A stretch of DNA of 63,530 bases, counting the filler. It is 5 parts of 5 records of this genome, joined end to end, with 100 filler letters (N's around TTAATTAATTAA, not from the genome) between each part and the next. Parts side by side here need not be neighbours in the genome. Positions count along the whole stretch, not along the records: positions 50,903 to 58,116 come from SRR20825019_957; positions 58,217 to 63,530 come from SRR20825019_1061; 3 more parts are not named here. One strand, 5' to 3'. Positions 54,540-62,177 of this stretch are shown in pieces; the stretch's first letter is position 1, and every line of letters begins with the position of its first letter. The position numbers were made by a program, and so were the translations under genes. The notes under the pieces are model-generated. The model saw only the letters and a program-made list of their open reading frames with translations. It was not told the DNA's origin and did not search any database.

Positions 54540-55612
54540 GGTTGGGCTCTTTCTTGTGGTGCGGGCAAATATTGACGTTCGATTTCAAGCAGTTTCTGTT
54601 TGCGCCACAGGCCACCGCCGTATCCGGTCAGCGCCCCGTCGGCACCGATCACCCGGTGGCAGGGCACCACCAGCGCAATCTGGTTGGCTCCGTTGGCGCG
54701 TCCCACCGCACGGGTGGCCTCGGGGCGCCCGATCTGCGCGGCAATCTGGGAATAGCTGCGGGTGACGCCGGGCGGGATGCGCCGCAGTTCGTCCCACACC
54801 AGCTGCGCAAAGGGCGCACCGTGATAGGCCAGCGGAGTCGCGAAAACGGCAGAGGTTCCCGCAAAGAACGCTGCAAGCTCGGCCTTGAGCTGTTGCCCTG
54901 GTGCAGTCTGCCCGATACCAAGGCGACCCTTGCATTGCGCATCCAGCTTGCCCAGCTCGGTTTTCAACGCTTTGCGATCCGTGAACTCAAGCAGGTGCAG
55001 TTCGGTCTGGCTGGTGACGGAAATCATATCGCCCAGCGGGGTGCTGACCCAATCGGCAAACAGCAACGGCGCGCGGTCAAGCCGGCCAGGTGCACGCCCC
55101 AGCAATCTGGCAAAGGCAGCGCTGAACGCGCTGGCCGAGTCAAATTGCGCGTCGATCTGCGCCTCGATCACCTTGCCACCTGATGACATGGTTTCAAACC
55201 CGTCGCGCAGCCGCCGTTGTCGTGCCATTTCCAGAAATGTCATGCCGAACTGACGCTTGAAACTGCGCCGGATCGTCGAGGGATCAAACCCCATCCGCAC
55301 GACATCTGTTTCCGACCAGCGAAACGCGGGCCGCTCATCCAGTGCTGCAAGCATGGCGGCAATCGCAGGGTCGCCCGAGGCCATCGGCTGCAAGGGATGG
55401 CAGCGTTTGCAGGGACGAAACCCGGCTTCGATACAGGCGCCGACCGTGTCGTGAAACGTGCAATTCTCGCGCTTTGGTTTACGGGCGGGGCAGGTGAGGC
55501 GGCAAAACACACCGGTGGAGGAAACGCAGACAAAGGCATGCCCGTCATAGCGGTCATCGCGTGCAAGCAGGGCGCGGTACAATGTGTCGTGGTCTGGAAG
55601 GTCAAACAGCAT
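54536..55612 (-). CDS. ada: Bifunctional Ada regulator / O6-methylguanine-DNA methyltransferase
   Basis: Zn-binding FCRLTC and FRPCKRC; AraC-like HTH; active site VPCHRV; GYGGGL.RK. Confidence 0.95.
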   Translation of the reverse strand: MLFDLPDHDTLYRALLARDDRYDGHAFVCVSSTGVFCRLTCPARKPKRENCTFHDTVGACIEAGFRPCKRCHPLQPMASGDPAIAAMLAALDERPAFRWSETDVVRMGFDPSTIRRSFKRQFGMTFLEMARQRRLRDGFETMSSGGKVIEAQIDAQFDSASAFSAAFARLLGRAPGRLDRAPLLFADWVSTPLGDMISVTSQTELHLLEFTDRKALKTELGKLDAQCKGRLGIGQTAPGQQLKAELAAFFAGTSAVFATPLAYHGAPFAQLVWDELRRIPPGVTRSYSQIAAQIGRPEATRAVGRANGANQIALVVPCHRVIGADGALTGYGGGLWRKQKLLEIERQYLPAPQERAQP

Positions 55613-55692
55613 GTACCCACCTTATGCAGGTTCAATCCGTCGTGCCGCCTGTTTTCGGGCGTCTATTGGATTTTCACAGCGTCGGGGCGTTC

Positions 55693-56142
55693 CTATGCCT
55701 GTGCCACCGCCATCAGCCCGTCGCGCAAATCTTGCGGGTCAATCGGGGCCAGCACTGCATCAATGGCGTCATGGGTGGCCCGCCAGGTGGGCAGCGCCTG
55801 TTTCAATACCGAACGACCCGCATCCGTCAGGCGCAGACGCCGTGCGCGGCGGTCGTTTTTATCGGGGGCCGAGGCGACGAATCCCTGCCGTTCCAGCGGC
55901 TTCAGCGCGGCCGTCAGCGTGGTGCGGTCCATGCCCAGTAGGTCCACCAGATCGCTGATCCGTGGTCCGTCGGGCCGGTTCAGCGACATCAGCAAGGAAA
56001 ACTGCCCGTTGGTCAGACCAAAGGGGCGCAACGCATCATCAAAGCGCCGCGCAAGCACACGTGCCGCGCGCTGCACATACAGGCATAGGCAGCGGTCGCG
56101 AATTTCATGGGTGACCGAAAGGGGTAGGGAAGCATCCATCAT
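55693..56142 (-). CDS. MarR family transcriptional regulator
   Basis: CLC..VQRAAR.LARRFD..L...GLTNGQFSLL, MDRTTLTAALKPLER, DRRAR...LT..G. Confidence 0.92.
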   Translation of the reverse strand: MMDASLPLSVTHEIRDRCLCLYVQRAARVLARRFDDALRPFGLTNGQFSLLMSLNRPDGPRISDLVDLLGMDRTTLTAALKPLERQGFVASAPDKNDRRARRLRLTDAGRSVLKQALPTWRATHDAIDAVLAPIDPQDLRDGLMAVAQA

Positions 56143-56173
56143 TTATATATGTTGATATCAACGTATATAAATG
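56140..56173. promoter_or_regulatory. Near-perfect 34-bp palindrome, probable MarR operator
   Basis: CATTTATATATGTTGATATCAACGTATATAAATG, one mismatched pair, between divergent marR and DUF1428. Confidence 0.8.
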
Positions 56174-56212
56174 TCAATCTGAAAGACGAATCTAGCAAGA
56201 GGAGGTGACGTG

Positions 56213-56572
56213 ATGTCATATGTATCTGGATTTCTGCTGGCCGTGCCCGAGGCAAACAAGGCCGCCTACAAGGACATGGCCGAAAAGGCCTGGCCGCTTT
56301 TCAAGGAATACGGCTGTTTGTCGCTTCAGGAAAACTGGGGCGTCGACACGCCAGAGGGCAAGGTCACGTCCTTCCCGATGTCCGTCAAACGCGAAGAGGG
56401 CGAAGTGGTCGTGTTCTCGTGGATGATCTGGCCCGACAAGGCGACCGCCGACAAGGGCTTTGAGCAGATGATGAACGACCCGCGCATGCAGGAGATGATG
56501 GAGATGCCCTTTGACGGGATGCGCATGATGTGGGGCGGGTTCGAACCGCTGGTCAGCCTGAGCGCAGACTGA
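56213..56572 (+). CDS. DUF1428 (YbaA-like) protein
   Basis: YVSGF.LAVP..NK..Y, GKVTSFP.SVK..EGE.VVFSW, MPFDGMRMMWGGF; GAGGAGG RBS. Confidence 0.9.
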   Translation: MSYVSGFLLAVPEANKAAYKDMAEKAWPLFKEYGCLSLQENWGVDTPEGKVTSFPMSVKREEGEVVVFSWMIWPDKATADKGFEQMMNDPRMQEMMEMPFDGMRMMWGGFEPLVSLSAD

Positions 56573-56619
56573 ACCGACCATGGCTGAAGGGCAGGGCGCA
56601 GGCGCGCCCCGCCTGTGCT

Positions 56620-58116
56620 TCAGTTGCCTGCACTTTCCATGCGGCGGTGTTCGATGACCTCTTCCAGCCAGCCGATTTTCATCTCGGGAACCGAGCTGAG
56701 CAGCAGGTCGGTATAGGCGTCGAAGGGCGGTGACAGGACCGTGGATTTCGATCCGTACCGCACGACCTCGCCGCGATACATCACCGCGATGCTGTCCGCG
56801 ATGGCACGCACCGTCGCCAGATCGTGGGTGATGAACAGATAGGCCACATCCTCGACCTTTTGCAGCTTGAGCAGCAGCTTCAGGATGCCGTCCGCCACCA
56901 GCGGGTCCAGCGCCGACGTCACCTCGTCGCAGATGATCAGCTTGGGCTTGGCAGCCAGCGCGCGCGCGATGCAGACACGTTGTTTCTGCCCGCCCGACAG
57001 TTCCGCTGGATAGCGGTCCTGAAACCCTTCGCCCAATTCGATCTCGTCCAGCAGTTCCTGGATGCGGGCCTGTTTCTCGCGGCCCTTCAGGCCAAAGTAG
57101 AACTCAAGCGGCCGCCCGATGATCGTGCCGACGGTCTGGCGCGGGTTCATCGCGGTGTCGGCCATCTGATAGATCATCTGCAATTCGCGCAGGTCCTCGC
57201 GCGAGCGTGAGGGCAGGTCCGGGGACAGGTCGCGGCCGGCAAAGTGGATCCTGCCCTTTGTGGGCGGCAGCAAACCGGTGATCACCCGCGCCAATGTGGA
57301 TTTGCCCGATCCGCTTTCGCCGACGACGGCCAGCGTCTGGCCGGGATGCAGGTCCACATTGATGTTCTTGAGCACATCGAAATTGGTGCCCCTGTAGCGG
57401 GCTGTGATGTTCTGGACCCGCAGCACCGGCTGATCTGTCGGTTCCTTTTCGATGTGCTTGATCGAGCGGACGGACACCAGGGCCTGAGTGTACTCTTCTT
57501 GCGGGTTGTTGATGATCTGGTCTGTGGTGCCATATTCGACCATGTCACCCTGACGCAGCACCATGATGTAATCGGCCACCTGCGCCACGACCGCCAGATC
57601 GTGCGTGATATACAGCGCCGCGACGCCGGTGACGGCAATCGCATCCTTGATCGCCTTCAGAACGTCGATCTGGGTGGTCACGTCCAGCGCCGTGGTCGGT
57701 TCGTCAAAGATCACAAGATCCGGCTCGGGGCACAGCGCCAACGCCGTCATGCAGCGTTGCAACTGTCCGCCCGACACCTGGTGCGGATAGCGGTTGCCGA
57801 TGGTTTCGGGGTTGGGCAGACCCAGCGCCTTGAACAGCTCGACCGCGCGGGCTTCGGCGTCTTTCTTGCCGAACTTGCCCTGGCTGATCGCGGCCTCGGT
57901 CACCTGTTCCATGATCTTCTTGGCCGGGTTGAACGACGCCGCCGCCGATTGCGACACATAGGTGACCTCGGCCCCGCGCAGACGACGGATGTCGCGGTGC
58001 TTGGCCTGCAACAGGTCGCGCCCGTTCACCCAGACCTCGCCGCCGGTCAGCTCGACGCCGCCCCGGCCATAGGCCAGCGTGGCCAGGCCGATGGTCGACT
58101 TGCCCGCACCGGATTC
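56620..58116 (-). CDS. Dipeptide/oligopeptide-type ABC transporter double ATPase (5' truncated)
   Basis: ESGAGKST, YPHQVSGGQLQR, FDEPTTALD; second domain GESGSGKST, LSGGQKQR, CDEVTSALD. Confidence 0.93.
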   Translation of the reverse strand, partial: ESGAGKSTIGLATLAYGRGGVELTGGEVWVNGRDLLQAKHRDIRRLRGAEVTYVSQSAAASFNPAKKIMEQVTEAAISQGKFGKKDAEARAVELFKALGLPNPETIGNRYPHQVSGGQLQRCMTALALCPEPDLVIFDEPTTALDVTTQIDVLKAIKDAIAVTGVAALYITHDLAVVAQVADYIMVLRQGDMVEYGTTDQIINNPQEEYTQALVSVRSIKHIEKEPTDQPVLRVQNITARYRGTNFDVLKNINVDLHPGQTLAVVGESGSGKSTLARVITGLLPPTKGRIHFAGRDLSPDLPSRSREDLRELQMIYQMADTAMNPRQTVGTIIGRPLEFYFGLKGREKQARIQELLDEIELGEGFQDRYPAELSGGQKQRVCIARALAAKPKLIICDEVTSALDPLVADGILKLLLKLQKVEDVAYLFITHDLATVRAIADSIAVMYRGEVVRYGSKSTVLSPPFDAYTDLLLSSVPEMKIGWLEEVIEHRRMESAGN

Positions 58117-58216
58117 NNNNNNNNNNNNNNNNNNNNNNNNNNNNNNNNNNNNNNNNNNNNTTAATTAATTAANNNNNNNNNNNNNNNNNNNNNNNNNNNN
58201 NNNNNNNNNNNNNNNN
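58117..58216. other. Artificial contig linker
   Basis: N run + TTAATTAATTAA + N run. Confidence 0.99.
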
Positions 58217-58217
58217 C

Positions 58218-58403
58218 AGCAACGCCGCGCAGTCCTGCGCCACCATCGCCGCCGCACGACGGTCCGCCGGGCGACCGATCGCCCAGGCCGATTGCCAGAT
58301 CGCATCCATTGCCCACGCTTGCGGCGCCACCGTTGCCACACGCAATACGCCTGACTTCGAGGGTTGCGAGATCGACCTGATCAACCCCTGGACTGCCGCA
58401 TGA
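58218..58403 (+). CDS. vapC: VapC/FitB-like PIN-domain toxin, C-terminal part (5' truncated)
   Basis: Hand translation ...RRSAGRPIAQADCQIASIAHACGATVATRNTPDFEGCEIDLINPWTAA*; D..IA.IA, ATRN..DF and NPW are PIN/VapC signatures. Confidence 0.88.
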   Translation, partial: SNAAQSCATIAAARRSAGRPIAQADCQIASIAHACGATVATRNTPDFEGCEIDLINPWTAA

Positions 58404-61150
58404 ACGCCGTTGAAATCGAACAAGCCGTTACCGAACTCGCCGAGCAGTCTTTCGACGCGGCCGACTTTCCCTATGCCTTCCTGATCGCCTTCGGCAACAA
58501 AGAGACGACGATCAAGCGTCTGCGCACCGGCGCGTCGAACAAATCAGACATCGGCGGCGTCCTGCAGACCAACAACATCCATCTTGCGACCTGCGCGCCG
58601 GGCGACATCGCGGCGACCCTGACCGCCCTTCGCGACAGCCCCGCGACCACCCGCGCCAAGGCCAAGTTCATCCTCGCCACCGACGGCATAGACCTCGATG
58701 CCGAGGACATCACCACCGGCGAAACCATCGCCTGCCGCTACTCCGATTTCCCCGACCATTTCGGCTTTTTCCTGCCGCTCGCAGGTATCTCCACCGTCAA
58801 GCAGATCCGCGAAAGTGCGTTTGACATCCGCGCCACCAGCCGCCTCAACCGGCTCTATGTCGAACTGATCAAGGACAACCACGACTGGGGCAGCGCCGAA
58901 AAACGCCACGACATGAACCATTTCATGGCGCGGCTGATCTTCTGCTTTTTCGCCGAAGACACCGACATCTTCGTCAGCGACAACCTCTTCACCGCCACCA
59001 TCGACCAGATGGCGAACCGTGACGGGTCGAACACGCACGAAGTCATCGGCGAGATCTTCCGTGCGATGAACACCGCCATCCCCAAACGGGCCGAGGCCAA
59101 GCTGCCCCGCTGGGCCGACACCTTTCCCTATGTGAACGGTGGCCTCTTCTCGGGCAGCACCGATGTGCCGCGCTTTTCCAAGATCGCGCAGCGCTACCTA
59201 TCCCATATCGGCAGCCTCGACTGGACGCAGATCAACCCCGACATTTTTGGCTCGATGATCCAGGCCGTCGCGGATGAGGAGGAACGCTCGGTCCTCGGCA
59301 TGCACTACACGTCCGTGCCGAACATCCTGAAGGTGCTGAACCCGCTCTTCCTCGATGATCTCCGGGCAGAGCTGGAGGCGGCGGGCGACAACGCGCGCAA
59401 GCTGGCCAATCTGCGCGCCCGCATGGCCAAGATCCGCGTCTTCGATCCCGCCTGCGGCTCGGGCAACTTCCTTGTCATCGCCTACAAGGAAATGCGCGCG
59501 CTGGAATACGAGATTAACAAGCGCCGGGGCGAGCCGCTGCGCCGCACCGACATTCCCCTGACCAACTATCGCGGAATCGAGCTGCGGGATTTCTCGGCCG
59601 AGATCGCGCGGTTGGCGCTGATCATCGCGGAATACCAATGCGACGTGACCTATCGCGGCCAGAAAGAGGCGCTGGCTGAATTCCTGCCGCTGGATGCGCA
59701 GAACTGGATCACCTGCGGCAACGCCCTGCGGCTGGACTGGCTGTCTGTCTGCCCGCCCACGGGGACGGGGGTGAAGTTTCAGGCCGATGACCTGTTCATG
59801 TCGCCGCTGGATCAGGCGCAGATCGACTTCGTGAACGAGGGGGGCGAGACCTATATCTGCGGCAACCCTCCATATCTGGGGTCCAAATGGCAGAGCACGG
59901 AGCAGAAAGAAGACCTTGGGCGCATTTTCGAGGGACGCACGAAAAGCTGGAAGTCACTCGACTATGTTGCAGGCTGGTTCATGAAGGCCGCCGATTACGG
60001 GCTGCATACGCCCACCGTATCGGCCTTCGTGTCCACCAATTCGATCTGTCAGGGGCAACAGGTGCCGATCCTCTGGCCGTTGATTTCCAAGACAGGGCAC
60101 GAAATCGCCTTTGCCCATACCAGTTTCAAATGGGCAAACCTTGCCAGCCACAATGCAGGTGTGACTGTTGTGATAGTTGGTATTTCAAATCATTCGGGCG
60201 CGGTGCGCAAGCTGTTCACGCTTGCTGAGGATGGCGGAGCGGTCGTCAGAGAGGCCGACAACATCAATGCCTATCTGGTGACCGCTCCAAATGTGGCGAT
60301 CACGATGCGCTCGAAACCCGTTGATGACCGCGCAATCATGCAATTTGGCAACCACCCCTACTACGGGGCGGCGTTAATCTTTTCGCGCCAAGAAGGGCGA
60401 GAATTGATTGAAACTTATCCGAGGGCCTCACACTTTGTTCGACCTCTGTATGGCTCAAAGGAGTTCATCTCGGCCGCGCCTCGCGCCTGTCTCTGGATAA
60501 AGGAAAAAGACCGTTCAGCGGCAGAGTCAGTTCCGCCGATCGCCCAAAAAATGGCGGAGGTTGCCAAGGCACGACAGGCCGCCAAGCAGGACAAAGCCGC
60601 CCAGAAACTCGCTGAAACACCATATAGGTTTCGAGATCAGGTTACGGCGGAAAAATCAGTTATGGTCGTTCCGCGTGTCAGCTCGGAGAACCGGCCATAC
60701 CTTCCTGTTGGCGTCTTGGCCCCTGAGAGTATCATTCAAGAAAAGTCCTTCGCCCTCTACGACGCCCCGCTCTGGAACATGGCGCTGATCGCCTCGCGTC
60801 TGCATTGGGTCTGGATCGGCACGGTTTGCGTGCGGATGCGAACCGATTTCAGCTATTCCAACACCCTCGGCTGGAATACCTTCCCCGTCCCAAAGCTGAC
60901 CGAAAAAAATCGCGCTGATCTGACAGCGGCGGCCGAAGGCATCCTACTGGCGCGCGAGGCGCATTTCCCCGCCACCATCGCCGACCTCTACGACCCCGAA
61001 AAAATGCCCGCCAACCTCCGCGCCGCGCATGACCACAACGACGAGGTGCTGGAACGCATCTACATCGGCCGCCGCTTCCGTAACGACACGGAACGGCTGG
61101 AAAAACTGTTCGAGATGTACACGAAGATGACGACGAAGGTGAGCGTATGA
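58400..61150 (+). CDS. yeeA: YeeA/MmeI-like N6-adenine DNA methyltransferase with C-terminal target recognition domain
   Basis: RLIFCFFAEDT, FPYVNGGLF, INPDIFGSMIQ, GMHYTS..NI, motif I FDPACGSGNFL, motif IV GNPPYLG, FVSTNSICQGQQ, PRVSSENR.YLP, YSNTLGWNTFP, TIADLYDP..MP; its ATG overlaps the vapC stop. Confidence 0.92.
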   Translation: MNAVEIEQAVTELAEQSFDAADFPYAFLIAFGNKETTIKRLRTGASNKSDIGGVLQTNNIHLATCAPGDIAATLTALRDSPATTRAKAKFILATDGIDLDAEDITTGETIACRYSDFPDHFGFFLPLAGISTVKQIRESAFDIRATSRLNRLYVELIKDNHDWGSAEKRHDMNHFMARLIFCFFAEDTDIFVSDNLFTATIDQMANRDGSNTHEVIGEIFRAMNTAIPKRAEAKLPRWADTFPYVNGGLFSGSTDVPRFSKIAQRYLSHIGSLDWTQINPDIFGSMIQAVADEEERSVLGMHYTSVPNILKVLNPLFLDDLRAELEAAGDNARKLANLRARMAKIRVFDPACGSGNFLVIAYKEMRALEYEINKRRGEPLRRTDIPLTNYRGIELRDFSAEIARLALIIAEYQCDVTYRGQKEALAEFLPLDAQNWITCGNALRLDWLSVCPPTGTGVKFQADDLFMSPLDQAQIDFVNEGGETYICGNPPYLGSKWQSTEQKEDLGRIFEGRTKSWKSLDYVAGWFMKAADYGLHTPTVSAFVSTNSICQGQQVPILWPLISKTGHEIAFAHTSFKWANLASHNAGVTVVIVGISNHSGAVRKLFTLAEDGGAVVREADNINAYLVTAPNVAITMRSKPVDDRAIMQFGNHPYYGAALIFSRQEGRELIETYPRASHFVRPLYGSKEFISAAPRACLWIKEKDRSAAESVPPIAQKMAEVAKARQAAKQDKAAQKLAETPYRFRDQVTAEKSVMVVPRVSSENRPYLPVGVLAPESIIQEKSFALYDAPLWNMALIASRLHWVWIGTVCVRMRTDFSYSNTLGWNTFPVPKLTEKNRADLTAAAEGILLAREAHFPATIADLYDPEKMPANLRAAHDHNDEVLERIYIGRRFRNDTERLEKLFEMYTKMTTKVSV

Positions 61151-62031
61151 GTAACTTCAATAGCATGACGCTGATGGCAGCGGGCGAGATGATTGCTGAA
61201 ATGTCAACGCAAGCCGCGTTCTCGTCTCTTGTTTTAGGGTGGGGTGTCGAGGAATTCTGTGGCTCTGGATCGGGCGCTTCGAAGGCCAATGATTTAGTTA
61301 GGTTCGCCAAAAGCAGTATGGGACGGCGTTCTGTTCCGACGGTAAATGGGAACAGCGACCTAAGCAGAGCCATGATTGAGCATGCAATTACGGCATCCGA
61401 GCAGAGCAAGCGCAACAAGCCAGATGTCTGGTTGCGTCTTGTTGCTGGTCTGAAAATGGATGGCTTCGAACTTGTGGAAGAGGAGGTGCCAGACCCAATG
61501 GGCAGATCTTCCATTTTCGATGACGCTCCAAGGGTCATTATACAGACTGTTCTCAGGCGGATGCTGCCTGAGGATGTCCCTGAGACAGATTTTCGAGAGG
61601 CGACCAGCGAAATTGAGGCCTTACTTGGTCGGCACGGGTTTGGCGTCGCCAAGGGGCATTTGGATCAAGCGGTTCAGAACTTTTCGCAAGGGAACTGGTC
61701 TTCCGCCAACGCGATGATCAGAGATTTCTATCAGGAACTGCTGGACAAAATTGCGGAGTATTTTGGATGTAATCCTAAGGTTAGTGATGACGCGAAGAGG
61801 CAATACCTTGCAGATACAAAATCGGGACCATTCCTACTTCACGAATACAATGAGTGGGAGAACGACAGAGGCAAACCCGCGTACGTATTGGGGTTGTGGG
61901 CAAGATTGCATCCGCACGGCAGCCATCCGGGTCTGTCAGATGAAGAAGATTGTGCTTTTCGGTTTCAAATAATCCTGATCACAGCCCGTATATTCTTAAG
62001 ACGTTTTGATAAGCGGGTGAAAGGTCAATGA
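61147..62031 (+). CDS. Hypothetical protein; C-terminal helical domain resembling HEPN/Abi_C
   Basis: 294-aa ORF with ATGA overlaps at both ends; GHLDQA..NF..GNW.SAN...R...ELL..IA and RLHPHGSHPG; codons visibly more AT-rich than its neighbours. The domain call is tentative. Confidence 0.75.
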   Translation: MSNFNSMTLMAAGEMIAEMSTQAAFSSLVLGWGVEEFCGSGSGASKANDLVRFAKSSMGRRSVPTVNGNSDLSRAMIEHAITASEQSKRNKPDVWLRLVAGLKMDGFELVEEEVPDPMGRSSIFDDAPRVIIQTVLRRMLPEDVPETDFREATSEIEALLGRHGFGVAKGHLDQAVQNFSQGNWSSANAMIRDFYQELLDKIAEYFGCNPKVSDDAKRQYLADTKSGPFLLHEYNEWENDRGKPAYVLGLWARLHPHGSHPGLSDEEDCAFRFQIILITARIFLRRFDKRVKGQ

Positions 62032-62177
62032 TCAAAGGTTTTCCCTCCATTTCGATTATTTATGCCACCAACGATAGTCCGGCTAAGCCGAACGATCCGG
62101 GTCGGCGGGCAATACAGGAATGCGCCTACGAAAAACGCTGGTCGGGCGAGATGGGTCAGAAAGTGAAAACATCATGA
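62028..62177 (+). pseudogene. Degenerate 5' remnant of a YeeB-like DEAD/DEAH helicase
   Basis: 49-aa ORF MIKGFPSISIIYATNDSPAKPNDPGRRAIQECAYEKRWSG... resembles the YeeB-family start as I recall it (PSVSV.YA..GSS...N.LGMR.MQERAYEKR) and diverges before Walker A. Confidence 0.65.

Noticed and set aside
25910-58216. Four identical TTAATTAATTAA elements as a repeat family
   Set aside because: They are synthetic six-frame-stop spacers embedded in N runs.
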